Source: Bradymonadia bacterium (GTDB taxonomy: Bacteria; Myxococcota_A; Bradymonadia; UBA7976; UBA1532). From it: a stretch of 64,000 nucleotides of DNA. Below the pieces are notes generated by a model, which was not told where the DNA came from, did not search any database, and was given only the letters and a program-made list of their open reading frames with translations. The position numbers and the translations under genes are program-made. Of this stretch, positions 10,813-21,170 are shown piece by piece (position 1 is the stretch's first letter; each line of letters begins with the position of its first letter). The stretch lies in NCBI GenBank assembly GCA_046290225.1, contig JBKAGE010000036.1, positions 160,001-224,000 of the forward strand, read 5' to 3'.

Positions 10813-11660
10813 CCGTACGCCTCGCCTCGACTGTGTTGTTGCTCCGTGAGGCCCCCGCCGACGACACAGGGGCTCAGGTGGAGATCTTCATGGTCCGTCG
10901 CCACGGCAAGTCGCGCTTCATGCCCGACGCTCTGGTCTTCCCTGGTGGGCGACTCGATGACGCTGACTCGGACGCTGATCTTGCCACAGCGTGTGATCTC
11001 ACCGTGGAGGAGGCCGCCATCACGATGGGCCGCCCCGAAGGACTGGGGCTGCTCATCGCTGGTATCCGCGAGACCTTCGAAGAGGCTGGCGTGCTCCTCG
11101 CTGAAGACAAAGATGGTGATCTGATCATCCTCGAAGGTGATCAGGGTGCTCGCTTCGCCGCCCACCGACAGGCACTCAACGAGGGCACCCTGGCCTTCAA
11201 TGCCCTGGTGGCCGACGAGGGGCTCACGCTCCGGACCTCTTCATGTCGCTATGTGACCCGCTGGATCACCCCCGAGGTGGAGCCCCGTCGCTACGACACG
11301 CACTTCTTGATGGCCCGTGCCCCAGCGGGCCAGCGACCCTCTCATGACGGCCACGAGACCACCGCTGGAGGCTGGTGGCGCCCGCAAGATACGCTCACCG
11401 CCTATGAGGCCGGTGAGATCAAGCTGGCCCCTCCGACGCTGCGCATCCTCACGGCGATCTCCACCATTCCCACAGTGGATGGCCTCCTGGATCTGCGCTC
11501 CGGTGTGCCGGACCCCATCGTACCTCAAGGGCACCTGACTGAAGATGGTTTGTTGTTGTTGATGCCGGGTGATCCCGACTTTGAGGGGGCGCCGGTCACG
11601 GGGCGAGATCGATTCTCTCAGAAGGATGGACGCTGGCACTCCGAGGGTGAGCGCTGGTAG
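10809..11660 (+). CDS. NUDIX hydrolase (Nudt19-like)
   Basis: FMPDALVFPGG, IRETFEEAGVLL, WITPEVEPRRYDTHF, LAPPT; ATGA overlap with upstream gene. Confidence 0.88.
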   Translation: MTVRLASTVLLLREAPADDTGAQVEIFMVRRHGKSRFMPDALVFPGGRLDDADSDADLATACDLTVEEAAITMGRPEGLGLLIAGIRETFEEAGVLLAEDKDGDLIILEGDQGARFAAHRQALNEGTLAFNALVADEGLTLRTSSCRYVTRWITPEVEPRRYDTHFLMARAPAGQRPSHDGHETTAGGWWRPQDTLTAYEAGEIKLAPPTLRILTAISTIPTVDGLLDLRSGVPDPIVPQGHLTEDGLLLLMPGDPDFEGAPVTGRDRFSQKDGRWHSEGERW

Positions 11661-11661
11661 C

Positions 11662-12195
11662 TCAGGGACCGGACTGCTCACGACGACGCTGAATGCGGTC
11701 GTGCTCGTAGATGAACAGTGAGGTGCGGTCCAGCAGGCTGCGCATGCCGGGGTGGAACAAGAACCGGTGGGCCTGCTCCTCAGTCGCCCAGACGTGCCAG
11801 ATGCCCTTGCGGGGGTGAGGGCCGTGCTCCCGGGTGGGGGCGGCCTCGGGGATGACGCTCCAGTCCTTCACCTCTCCGGTGAAGAAGGTGACGGTCTTCT
11901 CGATCTCCCGGCCTTCGCGCCGGTACTTGTAGTGTACGTGATCTCGGAAGTTGGGCAGCAGCTCCACGTCGACGATGGCGGTCTCTTCCATCAGCTCCCG
12001 AAGAGCCGTCTCCGTCTCGGTCTCCCCTTCGTCCATGCTGCCCTTGGGGAACTCCCAGGCAGCATCGGGGTTACGCACCAGCACGCTGTGCAGCAGCAAA
12101 AATTCGATGGGTCGATCAGGCAGCCTGCGAAAGGGGATCACCCCGCAGGAGAATTCGTAGTCCACGACGCGTTTTGTTTTTTCGGTTCCGCTCAT
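11662..12195 (-). CDS. NUDIX hydrolase, Ap4A-hydrolase-like
   Basis: SCGVIPFR, WEFPKGSMDEGETETETALRELMEET, KTVTFF. Confidence 0.85.
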   Translation of the reverse strand: MSGTEKTKRVVDYEFSCGVIPFRRLPDRPIEFLLLHSVLVRNPDAAWEFPKGSMDEGETETETALRELMEETAIVDVELLPNFRDHVHYKYRREGREIEKTVTFFTGEVKDWSVIPEAAPTREHGPHPRKGIWHVWATEEQAHRFLFHPGMRSLLDRTSLFIYEHDRIQRRREQSGP

Positions 12196-12311
12196 CTCTC
12201 TTCAATACAGCACCACCCGGTGGCCCGTCGACCCATCATCGGAGCGCCGGGTGTGGTTCACGCACCACGGGCCACTTGCGATGATGCCGGCGGTGGGCTC
12301 CAGGGTGTGGT

Positions 12312-12872
12312 TCACGGACGCTTCGCGGGCTCTTCTACCTGGATCAGATCGACCACGGGCACCCCCTCGTCTTTGGGTCGGGGCGGCGGATCCCACAGGC
12401 CCAGGGCCCGTATGACCCGCTCGGGCTCCGGTGTACCCCGCTCTGCGAAGGCCACCCGGCCACCAGGCGTCACGGCGTACACCGTACGCCTCACCTTGGG
12501 GCCCACTGCAGCACGCCACTGGCGGGCCACATGGCTGCGTGGATCGATCAGCAGGTCGAAGTCCAGGCCCAGGTCAGCCTTGAACCTGCGATGAGAGTCG
12601 GCGTCACCAGCGTTGATGCCGAAAGCCACCCCACCCGCTTCACGCAACTTCTCCAGCTGAGAGTTGAACTGCTGCAGCTGACCGGTACACGTCGGCGTGT
12701 GGTCCCGAGGGTAGAAGATGAGCACTACAGGGCGCCCTCGGAGGTCGTACAAGCGCACCGTACGACCTTCTTGATCGCTGAGGGTGAAGTCCGGGGCGAT
12801 GGCCCCCGCCTCAACCGGGGCCATCGAGAGCTCACCAACGGCCTGATCGATCACTTTGAACAACCGACTCAT
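12312..12872 (-). CDS. Peroxiredoxin (BCP/PrxQ, AhpC-TSA)
   Basis: APDFTLSDQEG, FYPRDHTPTCT, RRTVYAV. Confidence 0.85.
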   Translation of the reverse strand: MSRLFKVIDQAVGELSMAPVEAGAIAPDFTLSDQEGRTVRLYDLRGRPVVLIFYPRDHTPTCTGQLQQFNSQLEKLREAGGVAFGINAGDADSHRRFKADLGLDFDLLIDPRSHVARQWRAAVGPKVRRTVYAVTPGGRVAFAERGTPEPERVIRALGLWDPPPRPKDEGVPVVDLIQVEEPAKRP

Positions 12873-12888
12873 ACACTCCTCCTGAGGA

Positions 12889-13983
12889 TCAGCTACGCAA
12901 ACGCAGCGGGCTCAGCGCCGACCAGTCCGCAGATTCCGTTCTCCCAGTCTGCAGATACTCTACGACGAGAGGGGCGATGATCGGTGCCAGGACCAATTCA
13001 TCGTCACCGAGGGCCCGCACCTGTAGCAAGCTCACCGCTTCGTCAGGGCCCACGATGGGCAGACCATCTGCCGAGATCTCGTGGTTGATCACTCCGCTGG
13101 GGCCCACGGGCAGCTCAGAGAGGGCCGGCGTGAGGGTGGTGGCGAGGTTGAGCAGGTGCATCATCTCCTCGGTGGTGAGCCGCGGATCGAGGCTGGCGCC
13201 CTTGATGGGGCCCACCACGTGCACGTTGCCGTGTAGATCAGGCGTGATGTAGCCCTCAGGCGACCAGATCGTACGCCGGGGCCATCGCCCCTCTTGCAGG
13301 GTGAGCACAGGCTGACGTTGTACGCTCACGGGCAACGCGCTGGGCCCCGGGCCAATGTCGGTGCACACGATGGTCACCGCGGCCTCGAGAGGCCCTTCGG
13401 GGACTCTGACACCGGCCACGGCGCCGCGAGGCCCTTCGATGAGACCCAGGATCGGGGTGCCGAGGTAGAGCTGGGCCCCCGCCTCCGCAGCGCCAGCGGC
13501 GAGGGCCCGCCGGAGCGCCTGCCGATCGGTCACCACATCTTCGGGCACCGACAACGCCGCCACCACATCTTCGGGGAGGCCGGGCTCGAGCGCTCTGGCG
13601 TCGCCGGCGGTCATGGCTTTGAACGGGCGCCCGCCTTCTTTGAGCCAGGCAGCCTTCTGATGGATCTGCTGCAGCCCCTGCATCTCGAAGGCTGGGATCA
13701 GCGCCCCCTCACCAAGGGCCACATGTTGGCCTGCATCAGCCTCGATCCCCTTGACCCATGCAGCCAATCGCTCCAGTCCCAACCCTCGCAAGCCGTTGAG
13801 AGGGCTCGTGGGCTCGGCACGCGTCCAGCCCAGAACGGCACCAGGCACTGGCCCTGATGGGGTCAACACACCGGGATCGACGAGCCTGACCTTCGCCCCG
13901 GCCCGAGCGGCCTCTCTGGCGATGGCGCAGGCCACGAGGTTGCTGCCGAGAATGGCGAGATCGACGGCAGGGCGTCTGGCCAT
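12889..13983 (-). CDS. FAD-dependent oxidoreductase, glycine-oxidase/DAO-like (divergent)
   Basis: Overall ThiO/DadA-like layout (ARALEPGL, DGLPIVGP, LAPIIA); the dinucleotide motif is degenerate. Confidence 0.7.
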   Translation of the reverse strand: MARRPAVDLAILGSNLVACAIAREAARAGAKVRLVDPGVLTPSGPVPGAVLGWTRAEPTSPLNGLRGLGLERLAAWVKGIEADAGQHVALGEGALIPAFEMQGLQQIHQKAAWLKEGGRPFKAMTAGDARALEPGLPEDVVAALSVPEDVVTDRQALRRALAAGAAEAGAQLYLGTPILGLIEGPRGAVAGVRVPEGPLEAAVTIVCTDIGPGPSALPVSVQRQPVLTLQEGRWPRRTIWSPEGYITPDLHGNVHVVGPIKGASLDPRLTTEEMMHLLNLATTLTPALSELPVGPSGVINHEISADGLPIVGPDEAVSLLQVRALGDDELVLAPIIAPLVVEYLQTGRTESADWSALSPLRLRS

Positions 13984-14126
13984 GAGTGATCCTCTCTCGA
14001 AGGGGGCACGCGGTGGTAAAGCGGAGGATGCAACCAGCCTCGGGGTGTGGTGTCAACGGCTGTGTCTGTTGGTGGGGATGGGATTTGTTGTGGTGGGCCT
14101 TGCCCCGAACAGCAGACCCTGTTTCA

Positions 14127-17100
14127 TTGGAACATTGTGATCCTGGATGCCGAGAAGGGGCCATTCTGCGACACCGACTACCCAGAGACTTTCCAGAAGG
14201 ATACCAGGCTGCCATGGAGCTTGGTGAGGGCTCCATGGGCGCCGTCTGGCTCGCCTACAGCGAAGGGGCTCGTGGGCACTGTGCGGTGAAGGTGCTGCAC
14301 CTCGCCGAGCGCAAACGAAACTCCGCAGAGCGGTCCTTCAACCGCGAGGTCCGGGCCATGGCCCGTCTCGACCACGAAGCGGTCATCCGGATCCTCGACT
14401 ACGGACGCACGCCGAAGGGGTCTCCCTTCCTGGCCATGGAATATGTGCCCGGCGTGAGCCTCTCCCGCTATGTGCACGCGCCATGGTCCTGGCCCCGGCT
14501 CTGGACCCTGCTCGACAGCCTGCTCGCCGGTCTGGCTCACGCCCATGCCCGCGATCTGGTCCACCGAGATCTCAAGCCCGGCAATGTGATCATCCACCCG
14601 GACAGCCTCACCCACGGCGCGGTGAAGATCGCCGACTTCGGCATCGCCCTCGCCGTGCACGAAGCCGCCTCGTCGAACCGGCGGGTCGAGGGCACCCCGG
14701 CCTACATCGCTCCAGAGGCCGCCTCTGGTGACGTCGCCTCCGTGGGCCCGTGGACCGATCTCTACTCCCTCGGGGTGATGCTCTTCGAGATCCTCACGGG
14801 GGAGCGACCCTTCAGGGGCCGCAACCTGCTTACCCATCACCAGCGCTCTCCCCTGCCCCCGGTCTCCATCCGCGACGAGGTCGACGTGCCAGAGGGCTTC
14901 GTGGCCATCGTTGAGCGACTGCTCGAGAAGGCGCCCCACGCGCGATACCGCTCCGCTGCCGAAGTCCGCGCCGCCCTCGAGCGGCTGGGCCCCTTGCCGG
15001 AGCGCCAGCGTCTCGGCGATCCGCCCCTCACGCTGCTCGATGACTCCATCTCCCCGGGCTCTCGTTTTGCGCTGATTCCCGCCCGGGGCCCTTCAGGCCC
15101 GGGCCTGTTCCACCTGCGAGAGCCGCCCCTCGCCGGCCGTGATCGCGCCCGAGAGGCCTTGGAGCAGTCCGCCCGGCTGGCGCTCTCGGGCTCTGGCCCC
15201 CGTGTGGTGATCCTGCAGGGTGAGGCGGGCCTGGGTAAATCCCGCCTCGCCGCCTGGATCAGAGAGCAGGTGGAAGAGTCGGGGCACATGCGCACGCTGG
15301 TGGTGCGCTCCGAGCCTCAGACCGAGAACGGCGGTGGCCTGCGTCAAGGGGTGTTGCGCTTCGTCGGCGCCCCGACATCCACCCGCAAAGACGCCGATCA
15401 GGTGCTCTCGGTGGTGCTGCCTGACGAAGAGAGCCGGGCCAACGCCATCGACGTGCTCTGGAGTGACGCGCCCCATCACGGCCCTGGGAGCGAGGTGGTC
15501 ATCAGCCACGCCGCTCGCCTCATCCGCGACCTGTCCGGTGGCGAGCCGATGTTGCTCTGGATCGAAGACGCTCAGTGGTCTCCCGAGGCCAAGGTGCTTC
15601 GGCTGGTCGATCGACTCGCTCGCCCTGACGGTCCTTCTCAGCTTCTGGTGGTGATCACCCTGAGGCCCAGCGCCCGCAGCACGGTGCAGTCCATGCTGGA
15701 TCGACTCCGTCGCAACCCTGCGGTGCGAGAAGTCGACCTGCACCCCATCAGCCCTACAGAGCTGGCCCCGGCCCTCGAGGCCCTGGCGCCCCTGCCCCCA
15801 GGCATCGCCGACGCCGCCTGTGTTCAGGCGGCGGGCAACCCGCTCATCGCGCTGGAGGCGGTGCGCACCTATCTCGAGAGCGAGGGCCTCGGCACCGCTC
15901 CGACAGATCCGGCCCAGGTCCTCACGGAGCGCATCAAGCAGGCCACCGAAGGCCCTGGGGGCGGTGCCCTCAAGAGCACGCTGGCCCGCGCCACCTTGCT
16001 GGGCCGCTCTTTCACCCTCCAACCCCTGGTGAAGTTGTGTGGTGTGCCTGGTGATCCTGAAGCCCCCGCGCTCCATCTCGGCGGAGAGGAGTCAGTGGCG
16101 GCGGCGGTCGATCAAGCTGAGGAGAACGGCTTGCTCATCGTCCAGGGTGCTGGGCGGTGGCGGTTCAGCCACGATCTCGTCCGGGCCCAGTTCCGTAACA
16201 TCTGTCGTTCGCTGGCGAACTGGCAGGCCCTCAACCTCGCCTCCGCAGAGCTGAAATCCCCTCGGGGACACGCCGACACCACAGGCATTGAGATGGAGAT
16301 GGTGGCTCGCCACTATGCCGAGGCCGGCCACATGGAGACCGCCCTCGAGTTGGGGCAGATCTCAGGCCGCCGTCTCTTCGACTCGGGGCTCATGGGCCAC
16401 GCCACCTCGTTCCTGCGCAAGGTCCTCGACTGGGATCGCACCACTCGACGCCTCACGCCTCAGTCTCGTGGTGAGCTTCGGCTCATGTGCAGCGAGGCCG
16501 CTGAGTACGCGGGCCAGCCCGACGAAGCCGAACTTCAGGCCCGCAAAGCCTTGAACCTGGGCGTACGCACGAAGGCCCCTGCGGTGGCGGCCCAGGCGGC
16601 GAGCCGGCTCGCCGTGCTCAGCCTGCACAATGACGACTCCGAGACGGCGCAGACATGGGTACAGAAGGCCCTCAAGTTCGCCGAGCGATCAGAAGAGCCG
16701 CTGGCGCTCTATGCCGCCTGGTACGGCATGGGCGAGCTGAGGCGATACGACGACCAGCTCGACGAGGCGGTGGAAGCCTACGAGTCGGCTTTGGAGAACG
16801 CCCGAGTGGGGGATCTCGTCGGTGAAGCCCTGAGGGCTCGGAGCGCCGTGGCCCACATCGATCGCCTGCAGGGCCGCCTCGAGCGCGCCGAGACCACCTT
16901 CGACGCTGTGGCTGCAGGGGCTTCGGAGGCGGGCTTGGAAGTACTGGCCCTCACCGCCCGGCTGCACCTCGGGCTGTGCGCCTGGGCTCAAGAGGACGCC
17001 CTCACAGCCCGGCAGGCGTTCTCGGAGGTCCGCCAGGGAGCCCGGGGCAACCTGTTTGCCCTCGAACTGTACGCCTGCCTCGGCGAGGCGTGGTCTCTCG

Positions 17101-17321
17101 CCAAAGACGGCGACTGGGAGAACGCCGAGGTCCTCCTGCTCCAGGCAGAAGATCTCCGGTATGATGTGAGGCTACACGAGGTAGAAGCGGCCCGCCTGAG
17201 AGCCAGCCTCAAAGCCCTCGCCCGCAACGCTGGACGCCACGGCGTCCTCGCTTCGCTGGATCGGCTCGAGGTGGTGGTGACCCGCACCCACACCTCGACC
17301 GCTCACAGCGAGGGTTCATGA
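14127..17321 (+). CDS. Ser/Thr protein kinase fused to STAND/AAA ATPase and TPR-like helical repeats
   Basis: LGEGSMGAVW, AVKVL, HRDLKPGN, DFG, APE; Walker A GEAGLGKS; WIEDAQW; FSHDLVR. Start uncertain (13986-14214). Confidence 0.88.
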   Translation: MEHCDPGCREGAILRHRLPRDFPEGYQAAMELGEGSMGAVWLAYSEGARGHCAVKVLHLAERKRNSAERSFNREVRAMARLDHEAVIRILDYGRTPKGSPFLAMEYVPGVSLSRYVHAPWSWPRLWTLLDSLLAGLAHAHARDLVHRDLKPGNVIIHPDSLTHGAVKIADFGIALAVHEAASSNRRVEGTPAYIAPEAASGDVASVGPWTDLYSLGVMLFEILTGERPFRGRNLLTHHQRSPLPPVSIRDEVDVPEGFVAIVERLLEKAPHARYRSAAEVRAALERLGPLPERQRLGDPPLTLLDDSISPGSRFALIPARGPSGPGLFHLREPPLAGRDRAREALEQSARLALSGSGPRVVILQGEAGLGKSRLAAWIREQVEESGHMRTLVVRSEPQTENGGGLRQGVLRFVGAPTSTRKDADQVLSVVLPDEESRANAIDVLWSDAPHHGPGSEVVISHAARLIRDLSGGEPMLLWIEDAQWSPEAKVLRLVDRLARPDGPSQLLVVITLRPSARSTVQSMLDRLRRNPAVREVDLHPISPTELAPALEALAPLPPGIADAACVQAAGNPLIALEAVRTYLESEGLGTAPTDPAQVLTERIKQATEGPGGGALKSTLARATLLGRSFTLQPLVKLCGVPGDPEAPALHLGGEESVAAAVDQAEENGLLIVQGAGRWRFSHDLVRAQFRNICRSLANWQALNLASAELKSPRGHADTTGIEMEMVARHYAEAGHMETALELGQISGRRLFDSGLMGHATSFLRKVLDWDRTTRRLTPQSRGELRLMCSEAAEYAGQPDEAELQARKALNLGVRTKAPAVAAQAASRLAVLSLHNDDSETAQTWVQKALKFAERSEEPLALYAAWYGMGELRRYDDQLDEAVEAYESALENARVGDLVGEALRARSAVAHIDRLQGRLERAETTFDAVAAGASEAGLEVLALTARLHLGLCAWAQEDALTARQAFSEVRQGARGNLFALELYACLGEAWSLAKDGDWENAEVLLLQAEDLRYDVRLHEVEAARLRASLKALARNAGRHGVLASLDRLEVVVTRTHTSTAHSEGS

Positions 17322-19087
17322 GCCACACCACGACGCCCCCCCCTTCAGACACGCTCCGCAACCACCTCGTCGAGCACATCTGCGACTCGATCATCGGCCA
17401 GGACCAGGCCTTGGACGGCCCCTACGGCACCCGTCGCCTGGTCTACGCCGACTACACAGCCTCCGGCCGGGCGCTGCGGTTCGTAGAAGATTTCATCCGC
17501 GACGAGGTGCTGCCCCTCTACGCCAACACCCACACCGAGACCTCGGGCACCGGGCTGCAGACCACGCGCTTTCGCGAAGACGCCCGGGCCATCATCGGCG
17601 AGGCCCTCGGCGCGGATCCCGAGAAGGACGTCGTGCTCTTCGCAGGCTCGGGCGCCACTGGGGCCATCAACAAGCTCATCGACTGTTTGAATCTGCGGCT
17701 GCCTCGAAATCTCGATGCTGAGTACGGGCTCTCTGATCACATCCCCGCAGCCCATCGCCCGGTGGTCTTCATCGGGCCATACGAGCACCACTCCAACGAG
17801 CTGCCCTGGCGGGAATCCATCGCTGATGTGGTGGTCATCGACGAAGACGCTGATGGCCGCATCGATCTCGATCAGCTTCAAGCGGCCCTGAAGCAGTACG
17901 CCGATCGGCCGTTGAAGATCGGCAGCTTCTCCGCGGCGAGCAACGTCACTGGCATTGGCTCGGACACCCGAGCCATCGCCGCCATGCTCCATCGACATGG
18001 CGCGTTGTCGTTTTGGGACTTCGCTGCGGCGGGGCCCTACGTGCAGATCGAGATGAACATGGCCGATGACAGTGAAGACGGCCACCTGCTCTACAAAGAT
18101 GCAGTGTTCCTCTCGCCTCACAAGTTCATCGGCGGCCCTGGCACGCCTGGGATTCTGGTGGTCAAGCGGGCCCTGCTGAACAATGTGGTGCCCTCGCAGC
18201 CAGGCGGTGGCACCGTGGCCTACGTCAACCCCGAAGAGCACCGTTACTTGTCCGATCCGGTGCATCGCGAGGAAGGCGGCACCCCAGCCATCGTGGAGAG
18301 CATCCGAGCCGGCCTGGTGTTTCAGCTCAAAGAGGCTGTGGGCTGGCAACGGATTCGCGCGCTGGAGCACGCCTTCATCAGCACCGCCATCGAGCGCTGG
18401 TCGAGCAACCCCAACATCAGGGTGCTCGGCAACCCCAAGGCATGGCGCCTGTCGATCGTCTCACTCATGATCAAGGCCCCCGAGGCCCTCGCTGCGCACG
18501 TGAGGGGCCCGGAAGAGACCTGGCTGCACCACAACTTCGTCGTTGCCCTGCTCAATGATCTCTTCGGGATTCAGGCGCGCGGGGGCTGCTCGTGCGCGGG
18601 GCCCTACGGCCACCGCCTGCTGGGCATCGACCTCGTGAGCTCACGGGCATTCGAGCGGGAGATCGTGCGGGGCTGCGAGGGCATCAAGCCCGGCTGGGTG
18701 CGGGTGAACTTCAACTACTTCATCTCCCAAACCACCTTCCGCTATCTGCTCGACGCCATCGACCTCGTGGCAGAGCACGGCTGGCGCCTGCTGCCCGATT
18801 ACCGCTTTTGCCCCGAGAGCGGCCAATGGCGCCACCGCAACGCCACCGAGCACCGCGTGCTCCGGCTCGCAGACCTGACCTACGCTTCGGGGCGCATGGC
18901 CTACCCGAGCCGCAAGGCCACCGAGCCCGAGAGCGCCCTAGGCCGCGCCCTGGAAGAGGCAAAGGTGCTCCTCGAGCGTGGCGCCCAGCCTGCTGCGGAT
19001 GCCTCTACCCTCGCGCTCAACGAGGATTTTCAGTCGCTGCGGTGGTTCCCTCTACCTATGGAGGCATGCTCACACCTCAATGGCTGA
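17318..19087 (+). CDS. Class V PLP-dependent aminotransferase/cysteine desulfurase-like
   Basis: YADYTASG, EHHSN, ASNVTG, SPHKF, RGGCSCAGPY. Confidence 0.9.
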   Translation: MSHTTTPPPSDTLRNHLVEHICDSIIGQDQALDGPYGTRRLVYADYTASGRALRFVEDFIRDEVLPLYANTHTETSGTGLQTTRFREDARAIIGEALGADPEKDVVLFAGSGATGAINKLIDCLNLRLPRNLDAEYGLSDHIPAAHRPVVFIGPYEHHSNELPWRESIADVVVIDEDADGRIDLDQLQAALKQYADRPLKIGSFSAASNVTGIGSDTRAIAAMLHRHGALSFWDFAAAGPYVQIEMNMADDSEDGHLLYKDAVFLSPHKFIGGPGTPGILVVKRALLNNVVPSQPGGGTVAYVNPEEHRYLSDPVHREEGGTPAIVESIRAGLVFQLKEAVGWQRIRALEHAFISTAIERWSSNPNIRVLGNPKAWRLSIVSLMIKAPEALAAHVRGPEETWLHHNFVVALLNDLFGIQARGGCSCAGPYGHRLLGIDLVSSRAFEREIVRGCEGIKPGWVRVNFNYFISQTTFRYLLDAIDLVAEHGWRLLPDYRFCPESGQWRHRNATEHRVLRLADLTYASGRMAYPSRKATEPESALGRALEEAKVLLERGAQPAADASTLALNEDFQSLRWFPLPMEACSHLNG

Positions 19088-19203
19088 TGGGCATTCCCAC
19101 CCTCCACTCACCATGAAGTCGAATCAACCAGCTTCGTAGCAAGATGGCGTAGCCCAAGGGTTCATATGCGTCGCAGTGATTTGCTTACTGCGGCGGTCAG
19201 GCT

Positions 19204-19533
19204 CGCTCCGCGGGTAAGAGAGTTTTCGGGCACGGGCACGGGCACGGGCACGGGCACGAGTTGATTCGGGTGTGGACCTGTGGCCGCTCCTGAACTCAGG
19301 GCGAAGGTTGTCATTGAGACTGGGTTGATGCGCTTCAGAATGGCCTGAGGCTTCAGGTCTTGGGCGGTATGGAGTCCAGAGCCTCCACTGAGGAGAGCGT
19401 GGGGCCGAGTGGAGCCTCCACCACCATAAACCCACGAGCGGAGTCATGCCGGGCCACGGGTCCGCGTATGTATCAACTCGTGCCCGTGCCCGTGCCCGTG
19501 CCCGTGCCCGAAAACTCTCTTACCCGCGGAGCG
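19204..19533. repeat. Perfect 62-bp inverted repeat, each arm with (GGGCAC)x5, around a 206-bp spacer
   Basis: 19204-19265 is the exact reverse complement of 19472-19533; lies between convergent genes. Confidence 0.95.
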
Positions 19534-19550
19534 CCCCCACCCCTCGAAGC

Positions 19551-20708
19551 TCATGCCTTCCGGTTGAACCTGCGGCTCAGCTCCCGGCTCACGATGACCC
19601 GCTGGATCTGGCTGGTGCCCTCGTAGATCTGGAAGATCTTCGAGTCGCGGAGCAGCTTCTCCACCGGATACTCGGCGTTGTAGCCGTAACCACCGAAGAC
19701 CTGCACCGCATCACTGGCCACTCGGTGGGCGGTGTCGGCGGCGAAGCACTTGGCCAGCGACGCCTCCAGGGTGTTGCGCACGCCCTGGTCGATCGTCCAG
19801 GCAGACTTCCAGACCAGCAAGCGGGCCGCCTCGATGTCTTTGTACATGTCGGCGATCATGAAGCTGATGGCCTGGTGGCTCATGATGGGCTTGCCGAAGG
19901 TCTTGCGCTCGTGGGCGTACTGGATGGCGTGCTCGTAAGCAGCCCGTGACAAACCCACAGCGCCCGAGGCCACCAGGGGTCGGGTGTGATCGAAGGCCTT
20001 CATGGCGATGATGAAGCCCATGCCCTCATCACCGAGGCGGTTCTCCACGGGCACCTCGACGTCGGTGAAGGAGATGCCTCGAGTGTCGCTGGCCCGCTGG
20101 CCCAGGTTCTTGAGCTTGCCGCTCACCTCGATGCCGGGGCTGTCGGCGTCGACGATGAAGCCGGTCATGCCCTTGTGGCCCAAGGTCGGATCGGTCTTGG
20201 CGAGCACGAAGTACCAGTTGGCCACCTTGGCGTTGGTGATCCACATCTTCTCGCCGTTGATGATGTACTTGTCGCCCTTGCGCACGGCGGTGGTGCCCAG
20301 GCTGGCCACGTCACTGCCGGCGCCGGGCTCGGTGACGGCGTAGGCGCAGAGCAGCGGGGCCTCGGTCATGCGGCCGAGGTACTTCTTCTTCTGGGCCTCG
20401 TTGCCCGCCACCACCACAGGGAGCTCGGCGAGGGTGTTGGCCTCGATGGCGGTGCTGATGCCGGTGCAGCCCCAGGCGTTCTCCTCGCCGATGAGGGCCC
20501 CCTCGAAGCACCCGAGCTCGAGGCCACCGTAGGCCTCGGGGATGTGGGTGTTCACCAGCCCGATCTCCCAGGCCTGCTTGATGATCTCCATGGGGTATTC
20601 GCCTGTCTCGTCGTGATGCGCCGTTGCGGGGCGGATCACGTCACGGGCGAACTGGCGGGCGGTCTCTTGGAGCTGCTGTTGCTCTTGGGAGAGTTTGAAG
20701 CTGACCAT
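19551..20708 (-). CDS. Acyl-CoA dehydrogenase (medium-chain type)
   Basis: [50 protein letters not shown] before ATG 20708. Confidence 0.95.
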   Translation of the reverse strand: MVSFKLSQEQQQLQETARQFARDVIRPATAHHDETGEYPMEIIKQAWEIGLVNTHIPEAYGGLELGCFEGALIGEENAWGCTGISTAIEANTLAELPVVVAGNEAQKKKYLGRMTEAPLLCAYAVTEPGAGSDVASLGTTAVRKGDKYIINGEKMWITNAKVANWYFVLAKTDPTLGHKGMTGFIVDADSPGIEVSGKLKNLGQRASDTRGISFTDVEVPVENRLGDEGMGFIIAMKAFDHTRPLVASGAVGLSRAAYEHAIQYAHERKTFGKPIMSHQAISFMIADMYKDIEAARLLVWKSAWTIDQGVRNTLEASLAKCFAADTAHRVASDAVQVFGGYGYNAEYPVEKLLRDSKIFQIYEGTSQIQRVIVSRELSRRFNRKA

Positions 20709-20829
20709 GGAGATCTCCTCAGGGTTGGGCACGGTATGGTCGGGCACCATACGATTCAGCACGGTGAATGGTCATTCAGCGATTCGCCCATTTAGAGACT
20801 TGTAGGCGTGAAAAGCAAGCGGTGCGCCC

Positions 20830-21170
20830 TCAACCACCTGCCATCGACAAGGCCATCTCTACCAGCGGGTCTTCTTGGCCCGCCCGCGCAACAGCAAGGA
20901 TGGGAAACTGAGCTGTATCAATCGGCCACGCGAGGGCGTCAGGCATGTCTGGACCGACCTCCGCAATCCAAGGAATCAAAGAGAAGCCCAGGCCTGCGGC
21001 CACAAAGGCCAAGATGGCGTCTGCGCTGTTTGCCGAGAGCACCTCTTCCGGGGCCCAGGACAGCGCTTCGAACTGTAGATCGCGATGGGTCGTACCTTCA
21101 GGGTAGGCCACAAAGGGGATGTGTCTGAGGGCGTCAAGATCGGGCGCCTCCAATGCAGTGGCGGTCTCCA
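20830..21170 (-). pseudogene. C-terminal remnant of a LysR-type substrate-binding domain
   Basis: LDALRHIPFVAYPEG...ANSADAILAFVAAGLGFSLIP; no HTH or own start; out of frame with the upstream desaturase. 5' boundary approximate. Confidence 0.65.

Noticed and set aside
19228..19509. Repeats as a CRISPR array
   Set aside because: Hexamer microsatellites in inverted arms with no repeat-spacer pattern; no cas genes in the window.
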